A stretch of 64,000 bases of DNA from a virus (Duplodnaviria > Caudoviricetes). The notes under the pieces are model-generated. The model was not told the origin of the DNA. It saw only the letters and a program-made list of their open reading frames with translations, and made no database searches. Within the stretch, counting starts at the first letter, position 1; every line of letters begins with the position of its first letter. Shown in pieces: positions 35,708-45,445 of this stretch. Both the position numbers and the translations under genes were made by a program. The stretch is taken from positions 2,039 through 66,038 of the IMG/VR virus record IMGVR_UViG_3300045741_000104; one strand, 5' to 3'.

Positions 35708-37023
35708 TCCTCTCGACCACCACTCAGTCCCTAGAGATTGTTCTTGCGGGCGCTGTCGCGGCGAACCAGTCGCCGGTTGTGGTCGATTATGTGGACATCC
35801 TCGGCGTCACTTTCACGCCGGGATCAGCGGCGGCGCTTACAAATTCAACTACAGCCGTCACGATCTGCGCGGCTCCGAGCGGGAGCAATAAGCGCAAGTT
35901 AAACGCGGTCATGCTTGCCAATCTTGACACGGCGGCGATCACCGCGACCGTGCGGCTCAATGATAACGGCACGACCTATGACATCGTGAAACTTGCGATC
36001 CCGTCCGGCGCAACTCTCACCTACAACGACCGCACCGGCTGGCGCGTTATCACGGCGATGGGCGGCTCTGTCGATCTGCGTCAAGGATGGGTGCAAGAGT
36101 TTAGGGCTGACGGGACTTGGTATAAGCCCAGTGGATGCCGGTTCTTTATGGTTGACGTTGTCGGCGCGGGCGGCTCCGGCGGCGGTGGCGAAGGCGGCGC
36201 GGCGGGCTCTGTGCGCTCCGGTGGTGGCGGTGGCGCGGGCGGTTGTCGAGTTCGGCGTGTTTTTCTTGCAAGCGATCTGCCCTCATCCGTCGTGATTACG
36301 GTCGCGGGCCAGTCGAACGGCGGGTCGGGTGGAACGACCGCCGCAGGGTCTGTCGGGACGGCAGGGGGCAACTCTTCCTTCGGCGCTTACCTTGTCGGAT
36401 ATGGCGGCGGTGGGGGCGCTGGGGGCAACCAAGGCGGTCTTGGCGGAGCAGCAGGTGGAGGCGGCGCTGGTGGGACCGCCGCAGGGGTGACGGCTACATC
36501 CGCCAACGGAACGACGGGTGGCGGCGCGATGCTTGCGGGCACAGCGGGTGCTCTCTCTGACCATCGCGGCGCGAATAGTGCGACCAATTCGTTCCTCGGG
36601 GCTGCTGGCGGGGGATCATCTCAAGGAAATGGAACGGCGGGCGGCGCGGGCGCGTTCAGTTATTTTTCTGCTGCAGCAGGTGGAGGCGGAGGCGGCTTGA
36701 CCGCCTTAAACGTTCTCTCCGGGGGAGGAGCCGGAGGAGGAGCCAGTCAAATCTCTGCAGCAGGCGGTGCAGGTGGCGGCACTGGTGGGCGCGGCGTTAG
36801 TGGCGCGCAGTCGCCCGGCTACATGGGAAGTGGGGGTGGGGGTGGCGGCGGCGGTTCTTTGTATCTCGCTGTCGGCAACCCGACTGGCGGCGCAGGCGGG
36901 GATGGTGGCTATCCCGGAGGTGGCGGTGGCGGTGGCGGCGCATCGGCTACTGGTTCTGGAACGGCGACGGGCGGCGCGGGTGGTAAGGGGGGCGCGGGCA
37001 TGGTCCGCGTGATGGGCTGGTGA
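35704..37023 (+). CDS. Glycine-rich fibre or adhesin paralogue 1
   Basis: Shared N-domain [12 protein letters not shown]..., QEF..GTWYKP, polyGly blocks, ends VRVMGW. Confidence 0.75.
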   Translation: MILSTTTQSLEIVLAGAVAANQSPVVVDYVDILGVTFTPGSAAALTNSTTAVTICAAPSGSNKRKLNAVMLANLDTAAITATVRLNDNGTTYDIVKLAIPSGATLTYNDRTGWRVITAMGGSVDLRQGWVQEFRADGTWYKPSGCRFFMVDVVGAGGSGGGGEGGAAGSVRSGGGGGAGGCRVRRVFLASDLPSSVVITVAGQSNGGSGGTTAAGSVGTAGGNSSFGAYLVGYGGGGGAGGNQGGLGGAAGGGGAGGTAAGVTATSANGTTGGGAMLAGTAGALSDHRGANSATNSFLGAAGGGSSQGNGTAGGAGAFSYFSAAAGGGGGGLTALNVLSGGGAGGGASQISAAGGAGGGTGGRGVSGAQSPGYMGSGGGGGGGGSLYLAVGNPTGGAGGDGGYPGGGGGGGGASATGSGTATGGAGGKGGAGMVRVMGW

Positions 37024-38342
37024 TACTTTCCTCAACCACTCAGAAACTCCAGATCATCCTCGGCGGCGCTGCGGCGACCGCCAACTCGCCTGTGCTTGTC
37101 GATTACATCGAGAGCAACGCATCCACGACCACACACAACATCGCCGCATCGAACACGAACGGTGCGGGCGCCGTCGATATTCTCGCCGCGCCAGCGTCTT
37201 CGACGCAGCGGCGCGTTACGGCGATAACTGTCTGCAATGCGGACAGTGCGGCGATCAGCGTCACGATCCGCTTGAACGACAACGGCACGACTTACGATAT
37301 TCTCAGCGGTGTCACGCTGGCGCAACTCTCGGCGCTTCAGTTCACTCGCGAAGGCGGGTGGGAAGTCGTCGCTGCGGGTGGCGGTGCGCGCGATCTTCGC
37401 TCTGGGTGGGTGCAAGAGTTCAAGGCTTCTGGCACTTGGTATAAGCCGCCGAATTGCCGGTTCTTTATGGTCGATTGCGTTGGCGGCGGCGGATCAGGTG
37501 GGGGCGGTGAAGGCCGCGCGTCTGGTGCCGTTCGCGTTGGTGGAGGCGGGGGCGGTGGTGGTAAGCGCAACCGAATGATCTTCCTCGCGTCTGACCTTCC
37601 CGCGTCTGTCGCGATCACTGTAGCAACGCAAACGACGGGCGGCGCTGGCGGAACAACGGCTGCGGGTTCAAATGGGTCCGCTGGCGGTAGCAGTTCTTTC
37701 GGTTCTTATTTGACGGCGTTTGGCGGTGGAGGCGGCGCGGGAGGCGCTGTATCTGGAGCAGGAACGCTCGGCGCTGGCGGTGGTGGCGGTGGTGGGTCTG
37801 GTGCCGGAACAAGCGGCACAAGTTCCTCAACGGTAGCTGGTGGGCAAGCAATGCTCGCATCTGCGGCAGCGACCGCCTACGCGGACGCGCGGGGTGCTGG
37901 AACTGCATCAGCTTCATTTTACGGCGGTGGTGCTGGTGGGTCTGGAGCCGCTGCTGGAACCGTTGGCGCGGCTGGCGGCGCTGCTTATTTCTCGGGTTCT
38001 GCGGGCGGTTCTGGCGGGGGTTTAACTGCTGCGAATGCTATGTCTGCTGGTGGTGCTGGCGGTGTAGATGGGCAAGTTGGAACAGGTGCTACGGCGGGCG
38101 CGGCTGGCGGCGGTAGAGGCGTCAATGGGTCACAAGTATCAGGGTTTGTTGGGACTGGTGGCGGGGGCGGCGGGTCGCTTTATCTCGCTGTTGGCAATCC
38201 TACCGGAGGCACGGGCGGCGACGGTGGCTGGCCCGGCGGTGGCGGCGGCGGCGGCGGCGCTGCTTCGAGCGGGTCGGGAACCGCAACCGGCGGCTCTGGC
38301 GGCAAAGGCGGGGGCGGAATGGTCCGCGTAATGGGATGGTGA
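37020..38342 (+). CDS. Glycine-rich fibre or adhesin paralogue 2
   Basis: Same architecture; GTGA overlap; ends VRVMGW. Confidence 0.75.
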   Translation: MILSSTTQKLQIILGGAAATANSPVLVDYIESNASTTTHNIAASNTNGAGAVDILAAPASSTQRRVTAITVCNADSAAISVTIRLNDNGTTYDILSGVTLAQLSALQFTREGGWEVVAAGGGARDLRSGWVQEFKASGTWYKPPNCRFFMVDCVGGGGSGGGGEGRASGAVRVGGGGGGGGKRNRMIFLASDLPASVAITVATQTTGGAGGTTAAGSNGSAGGSSSFGSYLTAFGGGGGAGGAVSGAGTLGAGGGGGGGSGAGTSGTSSSTVAGGQAMLASAAATAYADARGAGTASASFYGGGAGGSGAAAGTVGAAGGAAYFSGSAGGSGGGLTAANAMSAGGAGGVDGQVGTGATAGAAGGGRGVNGSQVSGFVGTGGGGGGSLYLAVGNPTGGTGGDGGWPGGGGGGGGAASSGSGTATGGSGGKGGGGMVRVMGW

Positions 38343-38346
38343 CGCG

Positions 38347-39687
38347 ATGATTTTAACCGCAACGACACAGACCCTTGAAGTGCTTCTGGGCGCGGCTATC
38401 GCAACAGCGAATAGCCCGGTCACGGTCGATTATGTGAACTTCTCATCGTCCGCAGTCACGCCCGGTGTGCAGGCGGTGAACACGAACGGCGTTGCGGCGG
38501 TCACGATACTTTCGGCTCCCGCCGCGTCTTCACAGTCGAAGGTCAATCATCTTTCGCTTCCTAATAAAGACACCGCGCCAATAACAGTCACCATCCGCAT
38601 CAATGACAACGGCACTTATTACAACGTCCTGTCGGGTGTGCTTCTGGGTGTGGGCTACTCACTCAACTACACCGACGCGCGCGGCTGGTATGTTCTGGAC
38701 GCGAACGGCGCGACGGCGACAGAGCAATGCGCAGGTTATGCGTTCGTCGGCGTCTACACTTCGGCCTCGAATAGTCTTGCGGCCTCTGGCGTTTCGCTTT
38801 GCTCCGTGCTTCATGTCGAGTGCGTTGGCGGCGGTGGCGCAGGTGGTGGCGGGCAAGGTGCTGCGGCTGGTTCAATCCGTTCTGGCGGTGGCGGTGGCGG
38901 TGGCGGCAAGAAAGTCGTAGCTCAGTTCGTTAAGTCAGACATTTCATTTCCGGTGACGATCACTGTAGGGCAGACCAAGACAGGCGCGACGGGCGGAACT
39001 GGCGCGGCTGGCAGCAATGGCAGCGCGGGCGATCCATCTTCTTTCGGCGCGTATCTAATTGGCTACGCTGGCGGGGGTGGCGCGGGCGGTGGTCAGACCG
39101 CGAACACAGGCGGCGGTGGTGCGGGTGGCGGCGGTTCTACTGGCGCTGGCGGCAATGCGACGACCTCGACGGCGGGAACTGGCGGCGCTGCTTTCCTTGC
39201 GGGGTCAGGCAATAACACTTTTCAAGCGACTGACAATGGCGGCGGGGGCGGCACAGGCGCAACGTCGTCTAATACAGGTTCGCACTCATTCCTTGGCGGC
39301 GGCGGTGGGGGCGGCGGAACGACTTCAACGGCGGCGGGCGGAACCGGGGGCAACTCTTGGTCTTCCGCTGCTGGCGGCGGCGGTGGCGGCGGCATAAATG
39401 CCGCAAACCCCGGCACGGCGCAGGCGGGCGGCACAGGTGGCTATACGGGCGGTGATGCGACTTCGACTTCTGTCGGCGTTGCGGCGGGCCAGCCGGGTGC
39501 GACAGGCTCATCGCTCAAGTGTGGCGGCGGTGGTGGGGGCGGAACCGGCTCGAATAGCACGACAGGCGGCGCAGGCGGCGATGGCGGATTTCCCGGCGGT
39601 GGTGGCGGTGGAGGCGGCGGCGGAACGAATGTTGGCGGCGCAGGCGGCGCGGGCGCGGCGGGTCGCGTCGTAGTCTACGGGTGGTGA
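38347..39687 (+). CDS. Glycine-rich fibre or adhesin paralogue 3
   Basis: Same architecture; ends VVVYGW. Confidence 0.75.
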   Translation: MILTATTQTLEVLLGAAIATANSPVTVDYVNFSSSAVTPGVQAVNTNGVAAVTILSAPAASSQSKVNHLSLPNKDTAPITVTIRINDNGTYYNVLSGVLLGVGYSLNYTDARGWYVLDANGATATEQCAGYAFVGVYTSASNSLAASGVSLCSVLHVECVGGGGAGGGGQGAAAGSIRSGGGGGGGGKKVVAQFVKSDISFPVTITVGQTKTGATGGTGAAGSNGSAGDPSSFGAYLIGYAGGGGAGGGQTANTGGGGAGGGGSTGAGGNATTSTAGTGGAAFLAGSGNNTFQATDNGGGGGTGATSSNTGSHSFLGGGGGGGGTTSTAAGGTGGNSWSSAAGGGGGGGINAANPGTAQAGGTGGYTGGDATSTSVGVAAGQPGATGSSLKCGGGGGGGTGSNSTTGGAGGDGGFPGGGGGGGGGGTNVGGAGGAGAAGRVVVYGW

Positions 39688-39691
39688 TGAG

Positions 39692-41041
39692 ATGTTCTTA
39701 GACGCAACAACCAAATCCCTCGAAATCATTCTCGCCGCTGCGCCTGCCGCAAACCAGTGCTCGGTCGTCGTCAGCTACGCCGACATCGCGGCGTCAACCT
39801 TGACGCCGGGGTCGCAGCGCAGCTTGTCGAACAGCACATCCGATGCGGTGATCCTGTCGGCTCCCGGCGCGGGCGTTGTGCGCAAGGTGAACAACATCAC
39901 CATCGCCAACCGCGACACCGCGCCGGTCAACGTGACCGTCGTCCTCGATGTGAGCGGGACGCATTACAACTATGTGAGCGGGCTGTTTCTTGCGCCGGGA
40001 TCGACGCTGCAATTCTCCGATGTAAATGGGTGGACTGTTCTTGGTCAGGACGGGTCGTTGCAGATCGCGACCGGCGCGGTGGTCGATATTCAGACTTTCA
40101 CTTCGTCTGGTGTTTGGACGAAGCCGACTGCGGCGACCTATGTGCGCGCCATTGTCACAGGCGGTGGCGGTGGCGGTGGCGGCGGTGAAGGCCGCGCGGC
40201 CGGAACGATCCGATCTGCGGGCGGCGGGGGCGGCGGCGGCAAGAGGATGGACGAAATCTTCCTCGCCTCAGAAGTCCCCAACAGGATTTACGTTGGCGTC
40301 GGGTCAGGCGGCGCAGGCGGCTATGGCGGCGCGACGGCGGCGGGCGGCAACGGTTCGGCTGGATCAACTTCCAACTTCGGCGCAATGCTCTACGGGTTCG
40401 GTGGTGGTGGCGGCGCGGGCGGCGGCGCAACCGCTTCTACTGGCGGCGGTGGCGGGGCTGGTGGCGGCGGAACAGCCGCAGGAGCTTCCGCAACTTCTTC
40501 AACTGGCGGAACTGGCGGCGCGGCTTACGGGTCTGGCGCAGCGGCAGGAACAAGTTCCGCGACACATGCGGGCGCTGGTGGCGCAACCGGCACGACTTCC
40601 TCGGCGGCTGGCGGGTCGGGTTATCTAGGCGGCGCGGGCGGCGGCAATGGCACGACTTCTGGCGCGGCGGGTGGTGCTGGTGGTTCGTCCTTCTTGTCAG
40701 GCGCGGGCGGCGGCGGTGGTGGGTCTGGCGGCGAAGCGGCTTCTCCCGGCACAGCGCGCGATGGCGGCGCGGGCGGATCGACGGGCGGATCAGCCACAAC
40801 TTCTGGCGGTGGTGGAGCGGCCGGCACTTCTGGCGGCGCGGGAACCGGCGGCGCTTCTGGATCATCGACGCAATGCGGAACGGGCGGCGGTGGCGGCGCA
40901 GGGTCTGCTTCAACTACGGGCGGCGCTGGCGCTGTTGGCGGCGCACATGGCGGCGGTGGTGGGGGCGGCGGCGGTGGAACTTCTACTGGTGGCGCTGGCG
41001 GTGCGGGCGGTGCTGGCTCTGTTATCGTGATTTGCTGGTGA
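39692..41041 (+). CDS. Glycine-rich fibre or adhesin paralogue 4
   Basis: Same architecture; QTFTSSGVWTKP; ends VIVICW. Confidence 0.75.
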   Translation: MFLDATTKSLEIILAAAPAANQCSVVVSYADIAASTLTPGSQRSLSNSTSDAVILSAPGAGVVRKVNNITIANRDTAPVNVTVVLDVSGTHYNYVSGLFLAPGSTLQFSDVNGWTVLGQDGSLQIATGAVVDIQTFTSSGVWTKPTAATYVRAIVTGGGGGGGGGEGRAAGTIRSAGGGGGGGKRMDEIFLASEVPNRIYVGVGSGGAGGYGGATAAGGNGSAGSTSNFGAMLYGFGGGGGAGGGATASTGGGGGAGGGGTAAGASATSSTGGTGGAAYGSGAAAGTSSATHAGAGGATGTTSSAAGGSGYLGGAGGGNGTTSGAAGGAGGSSFLSGAGGGGGGSGGEAASPGTARDGGAGGSTGGSATTSGGGGAAGTSGGAGTGGASGSSTQCGTGGGGGAGSASTTGGAGAVGGAHGGGGGGGGGGTSTGGAGGAGGAGSVIVICW

Positions 41042-41048
41042 GGATGAC

Positions 41049-41483
41049 ATGGCGAAATATGCACTGATCAAGAACAACATCGTGGAGAACATCATCGAGT
41101 GGGATGGCGTCTCCGAGTTCCAGCCGCCGGACGGCTACGCGATGATCCCGGCTGAAGACGCTGTGGCTATCGGCACGCGTGCCGGCGCGCCCGGCACGAT
41201 CCCCGACATCTCGGATCGCCAGTTCTTCCAGATGGCGGCGATGATGTCACTCATCACGCAGGACGAGGCGCTCGCCGCCGTCAAGACCGGCACCATCCCG
41301 ACAGTCCTTCAGGGCATCATTGACAGCATCCCCGACGCGGGCGCGCGGTTCGCCGCGACCATGATGCTCGCCGGCGCGACGGTCTTCCAGCGCAACCACC
41401 CGTTCACAGAACAGGTCGGCTCTGCTATGGGTTGGACCAGTCAGCAACTCGATGACTTCTTCTTAGCAGCGAGTGTCCTATGA
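41049..41483 (+). CDS. Putative tail-fibre assembly chaperone
   Basis: MAKYALIKNNIVENIIEWD, ISDRQF, FQRNHP and LDDFFLAA; follows the fibre genes. Confidence 0.65.
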   Translation: MAKYALIKNNIVENIIEWDGVSEFQPPDGYAMIPAEDAVAIGTRAGAPGTIPDISDRQFFQMAAMMSLITQDEALAAVKTGTIPTVLQGIIDSIPDAGARFAATMMLAGATVFQRNHPFTEQVGSAMGWTSQQLDDFFLAASVL

Positions 41484-42427
41484 CTACTTTCTCTGGCGCA
41501 GCCCGCCCGATCACGGCTCCTGATGTCGCCAAAGAGGCGACACTCTATGGCATCGACCTCCCCGGCTGTCGCGCGCTCATGGATGTGGAAAGTAAGAACA
41601 AGGGCTTCGATAACAAGAAGCGTCCGATCATCCTGTTCGAGCCGCACGTTTTTTACCGGCAGTTGCGTGGCACACAGCGCGATTTAGCCGAGCAGAAGGG
41701 ACTGGCCTACCCTCACTGGGGCGAGCGGGCGTATCCCAGTGGGCAGGACGCCCAGTATAAGCGTCTCGCCGCCGCCATCGCGATCAATGAGGAAGCCGCC
41801 TACAGGGCCATCAGCATGGGCATGGGGCAGGTCCTCGGCGAGAACTATGCGGTCTGCGGCTGCACATCCGCCAAGCAGATGTTCGAGTTCTGCTTGGAGA
41901 GTGAGGCGAACCAGCTTCAGTGCATGATGGAGTATCTCAAGGGCAACCATCTGCTCCACTATGTGAACACTCACAACTGGCTGGCGCTCGCCAGCGGCTA
42001 CAATGGTAAAGGTCAGGCCAAGAAATATGCCGGGTGGCTGAAGAAGGCCCACGACCGCTGGGCGCGCATCCTGTCGAAGCCGCGTGAGGACCTCGATGCA
42101 CAGGACCTCAAGGACGCCGGGTCGCAGATCGTCACTGCCGCAGACTTCGGTCAGAAGGTAGTCAAGACCGCCGCCGTGGTGGGTCCGACCGCCGGCGTCA
42201 TGCTCGACGCCGCCACCAAGGGAATGGAGCCTGTCACTCAGGCCGTGCAGACGGCGCAGCAGGCGCAGAGCGCATGGGAGTGGGTCAGGGATAACTGGGA
42301 GTTTCTTGCTGTGCTGGGTCTCACAGCGGTGTTCCTCGTCCTCTGCTATCTCGCCTACAAGGCGTTTCACAATGTGATCCATGAGCGAGTAGAAAACGCC
42401 CGCAACGGCATGAACCTCCGCATATAG
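41480..42427 (+). CDS. Endolysin, N-acetylmuramidase (DUF3380-like) with a C-terminal hydrophobic segment
   Basis: DVES, ILFEPHVF, SMGMGQVLGEN and GYNG. Confidence 0.88.
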   Translation: MTTFSGAARPITAPDVAKEATLYGIDLPGCRALMDVESKNKGFDNKKRPIILFEPHVFYRQLRGTQRDLAEQKGLAYPHWGERAYPSGQDAQYKRLAAAIAINEEAAYRAISMGMGQVLGENYAVCGCTSAKQMFEFCLESEANQLQCMMEYLKGNHLLHYVNTHNWLALASGYNGKGQAKKYAGWLKKAHDRWARILSKPREDLDAQDLKDAGSQIVTAADFGQKVVKTAAVVGPTAGVMLDAATKGMEPVTQAVQTAQQAQSAWEWVRDNWEFLAVLGLTAVFLVLCYLAYKAFHNVIHERVENARNGMNLRI

Positions 42428-42440
42428 TTAGGCTTTGACC

Positions 42441-42644
42441 ATGCGCTTTCTCACACTGGCTCTGCTGCTTCTCTTGACCTCTCCCGCCTACGCCGATCAC
42501 GGCTGGCCGCATGATCCATGCGAGGACAGGGAAGAAGAGTGTCACTCCGTCCCCGAGATCGACGGGGCGGCGCTCCCCAAGGCGATCCTGCTGATGGTGT
42601 CCCTCTACATCGTGGCGTCAGCCAGCATGAAACGGCGGGGGTAA
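42441..42644 (+). CDS. VPEID-CTERM sorting-domain protein
   Basis: Signal peptide ending AYA, short acidic Cys-containing domain, VPEIDG, hydrophobic helix, terminal KRRG. Confidence 0.8.
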   Translation: MRFLTLALLLLLTSPAYADHGWPHDPCEDREEECHSVPEIDGAALPKAILLMVSLYIVASASMKRRG

Positions 42645-42646
42645 GA

Positions 42647-43219
42647 ATGTTCATCAAGCAACTTTGGAACCGCTTCATGCGCGCCATCGGCGCGCAGCGG
42701 ACTTGGTCGATCCTCAACGGGACGCCTGTCGCCTATGACGACGATGGTAATCCCTACTTCGACTTCCCATCCTATAGCCCCGGCGTGAACTACCTGCGGA
42801 CGCCGGTCAAGGGCGTGCTCGGCCCGATCACGGTCCACTTCCAGATTACCGGCCTCGATCCGGTATTCGACTTCCGAACCAACCCCGATAACACGGGCCT
42901 CGCGCCTAGCTCTGTGCGGATCATGATCCAGCGTAAGGGCGATCAGATGACCGAGTTTCAGGAGTTCCACCGCTTCTGGTCGCGCCCGGCGTTCCGCAAG
43001 CTGGAGCCGGGGTCGTTCACTCTGATCGCTACGCTTGAGCCGTCCAACTGGTCGTCGGTCTTCGGCAAGACCGGGGATCAGGCGCAGAACGAGTTCTGGG
43101 CGACCCTGCAGGACGCCGAGTATCTCTGCCTCACTTTCGGCGGCGGGTCGTTCTTCGGCCACAGCGTCTTCGTGCCGCAGGGCAATGCGCGCTTCACGGT
43201 CAAGGGAGTGGTGGTATGA
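42647..43219 (+). CDS. Hypothetical beta-rich protein
   Basis: ATG 3 nt after the upstream stop; good codon bias; LTFGGGSFFGH. Confidence 0.7.
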   Translation: MFIKQLWNRFMRAIGAQRTWSILNGTPVAYDDDGNPYFDFPSYSPGVNYLRTPVKGVLGPITVHFQITGLDPVFDFRTNPDNTGLAPSSVRIMIQRKGDQMTEFQEFHRFWSRPAFRKLEPGSFTLIATLEPSNWSSVFGKTGDQAQNEFWATLQDAEYLCLTFGGGSFFGHSVFVPQGNARFTVKGVVV

Positions 43220-43270
43220 GCCCGCTGATCGTTTTCGGCGTCTTTTTGTTCGTGCTGTTTGGAGGGGCTG

Positions 43271-43669
43271 ATGGGCTGGTTAGGTATTCTTGCCGAGATC
43301 GCCGGTTCCCGTATCGGCCAGATCGTCATGGTCGCCATCGTCAGTTATGGGCTGGGATGGGCGAGGACCGACCATAGTTGGCGGGAGTGGACGAAGCAGC
43401 AGCAGGCGGCGGCTGAAGTCCTGCATCAAGTGGAACTGGCGCGTGAGGCTCAGAACGCCGTGGAGATTGCCAAGGCGGCGACCGAGCGCGTAGAGGACGA
43501 TGAGGCTGAGTTGGCCAAGCTGCGTCAACAAGTCGCAGATTTCGATAAGGGCGAAGCCAATGCGAAAGACCCGTGTCTCATGGATAGTCGTCTCATTGGC
43601 GCTTCTGACCGGATGCGCCAGCCAGCCCCGTCTCGTCGTCACCCCAAACTTACCCGACCTTCCAAGTGA
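43271..43669 (+). CDS. Putative i-spanin (Rz-like)
   Basis: GGAGG RBS; N-terminal TM, coiled coil, C-terminal Cys. Confidence 0.7.
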   Translation: MGWLGILAEIAGSRIGQIVMVAIVSYGLGWARTDHSWREWTKQQQAAAEVLHQVELAREAQNAVEIAKAATERVEDDEAELAKLRQQVADFDKGEANAKDPCLMDSRLIGASDRMRQPAPSRRHPKLTRPSK

Positions 43670-43823
43670 CCTGAAGAAGACGGTCCCGCTGGCTGATCCG
43701 CGGAAGTCCAAGACCCAAGGCGGCTTCGCGCTGGCGAACCGCGCGACGACCATTCAGGCGAACCAGAAGATTGTTCGGTTCAACTCATTCTATGAAGATG
43801 TGCGGGCGGGGAACGGGCAATGA
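43560..43823 (+). CDS. Putative o-spanin (Rz1-like lipoprotein) overlapping the i-spanin
   Basis: MRKTRVSWIVVSLALLTG|C lipobox and Pro-rich mature part, in a shifted frame. Confidence 0.75.
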   Translation: MRKTRVSWIVVSLALLTGCASQPRLVVTPNLPDLPSDLKKTVPLADPRKSKTQGGFALANRATTIQANQKIVRFNSFYEDVRAGNGQ

Positions 43824-44266
43824 CCACAGACCGATACACGGGACCAGAGCGCCGCGACCCGGACGACTTTGACAGCGCCGTCAGAGGCCACATCAGCGCC
43901 TGCGCGTGGAAGACCTTCCCTTTCGTCATGTCCGGCTTCATCGCCACCTTTGGCTGGGGCGTCTCGATAGAGACGCGGATCAACAACATCCAGACGATCC
44001 AAGCCGAGCGGACCATCAAGATGGCGGCGGTGGATGTTCGCCTCAGCGACATTGCCAAAGCGGCTTACGATCCCGCGCCCAAGCCTGAGACGAAGGTCGC
44101 CGTCGAGGCGCTCAGGGCCGACCACAACAGCATGATGGACAAGATAGACAGACTGGAGGACCGGGTGAACAACCTGCATAATTTCCTGCTCCAGCTGCCG
44201 CCGAGACCCGCTCCACTCCCCAGTAGGCGGGGCATGGCCCCCTTCAAACCGGAGGAGCAAGGATGA
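43820..44266 (+). CDS. Single-TM coiled-coil protein, possible holin-related
   Basis: YTGPERR N-terminus, one TM helix, located in the lysis cassette. Confidence 0.5.
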   Translation: MTTDRYTGPERRDPDDFDSAVRGHISACAWKTFPFVMSGFIATFGWGVSIETRINNIQTIQAERTIKMAAVDVRLSDIAKAAYDPAPKPETKVAVEALRADHNSMMDKIDRLEDRVNNLHNFLLQLPPRPAPLPSRRGMAPFKPEEQG

Positions 44267-44370
44267 AAAAGCTCGTTTTGCTGGTCGCCTTGGCGATGGT
44301 ATTGTCCGGCTGCGAAGTAGCTCGCTACGCCGCGAAATGCACGACCATCTCCCAAGCGAATTGCAACTGA
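44263..44370 (+). CDS. Small lipoprotein (35 aa), not in the ORF track
   Basis: GGAGGAG RBS; MKKLVLLVALAMVLSG|CEVARYAAKCTTISQANCN. Confidence 0.75.
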   Translation: MKKLVLLVALAMVLSGCEVARYAAKCTTISQANCN

Positions 44371-44371
44371 C

Positions 44372-45445
44372 ATGGCCGATCCACAGCAGCCGCCTTACCC
44401 GGCACCGCCGCCTGACAGCGTCAGCTTCACCTCTTTTGAAGGCTTGAAGAACACCGTCACGCCGGAACGGATGAAGCCGACCGAGCTGTGGATCGGCAAG
44501 AATATTGATCTGGACGACGCGGGGCAGCCCCGCCGCCGCCGGGGGTTCAGGAAGGTGTCAGATGGAAAATGGCACTCACTTTATTCTGACGGCGGCGGTC
44601 TTAGGCTTGGTGTCAAGGACGGTGTTCTTGGGATCATTTATGAGGACTACTCGTTCAGTCCGATACTGCCTAATATTGGCATTGAACACCTTGATTATGT
44701 CCGCGTGGGCGATGTTCTTTACTTCTCATCTCTTACGTCGTCCGGCAAATTTAACGTGGCGGATAAGCAGGTTTACCCGTGGGGGCAGCAGGGCGGCGAC
44801 GGCATCTGGTATTCGCCCGTCGTTCATCCGACGCCGACGCTAGGGCCGGTCAACGGTCGACTGCTCGGGAAGGTCCCGATGGCGACCCAGCTCACCTACT
44901 GGAATGGCCGCATCTATCTGGGCTGCGGACGGCAGGTCTGGGCGACCGACCTCTACCTTTACGATTACGTCGACAAGACCCGCACTTTTCTCACCTTCGA
45001 GAGTGACGTCACCATGCTGGCCTCGGTGTCGGACGGGGTCTATGTCGGCACGACTGAGGCGGTCTATTTCCTGTCCGGCCCCTCGATCCAAGAGCTGAAG
45101 CGTGTCCCGCTGATGAATTACGGCGCGATCCCCGGCTCCTCGGTGGCGGTCCCCGCCGAGCTGATCAAGCCGCAGATCAACCAAGACCCTCAGTCGCCCA
45201 TCAAGAACGCGGTCGTCTTCATGACCAACACCGGCATCATCGCCGGGTTCGACGGTGGCGTGATCTACAATCTCACACAGGCTGACTTCCTGTTCCCGCT
45301 GGCGGCGAGCGCCGCGACCATGTTCCGGCGGCAGGACGGCATCAACCAATTCGTCGCTGTGCTAGACAGTGATGGAGACCCCAGCGACAGCGCTCGCGTC
45401 GGGGATTACGTGGACGCCGAGATACGGCGATTTTCAGGAGCATGA
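44372..45445 (+). CDS. Putative tail nozzle or stabilisation protein (beta-propeller-like)
   Basis: FEGLKN, NIDLDDAG..RRRG and beta-rich repeats. Confidence 0.6.
   Translation: MADPQQPPYPAPPPDSVSFTSFEGLKNTVTPERMKPTELWIGKNIDLDDAGQPRRRRGFRKVSDGKWHSLYSDGGGLRLGVKDGVLGIIYEDYSFSPILPNIGIEHLDYVRVGDVLYFSSLTSSGKFNVADKQVYPWGQQGGDGIWYSPVVHPTPTLGPVNGRLLGKVPMATQLTYWNGRIYLGCGRQVWATDLYLYDYVDKTRTFLTFESDVTMLASVSDGVYVGTTEAVYFLSGPSIQELKRVPLMNYGAIPGSSVAVPAELIKPQINQDPQSPIKNAVVFMTNTGIIAGFDGGVIYNLTQADFLFPLAASAATMFRRQDGINQFVAVLDSDGDPSDSARVGDYVDAEIRRFSGA

Noticed and set aside
35704-41041. Diversity-generating retroelement or invertible shufflon acting on the fibre paralogues
   Set aside because: No reverse transcriptase, no adenine-specific TR/VR pair and no invertase were seen. 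All copies are full-length and co-oriented.
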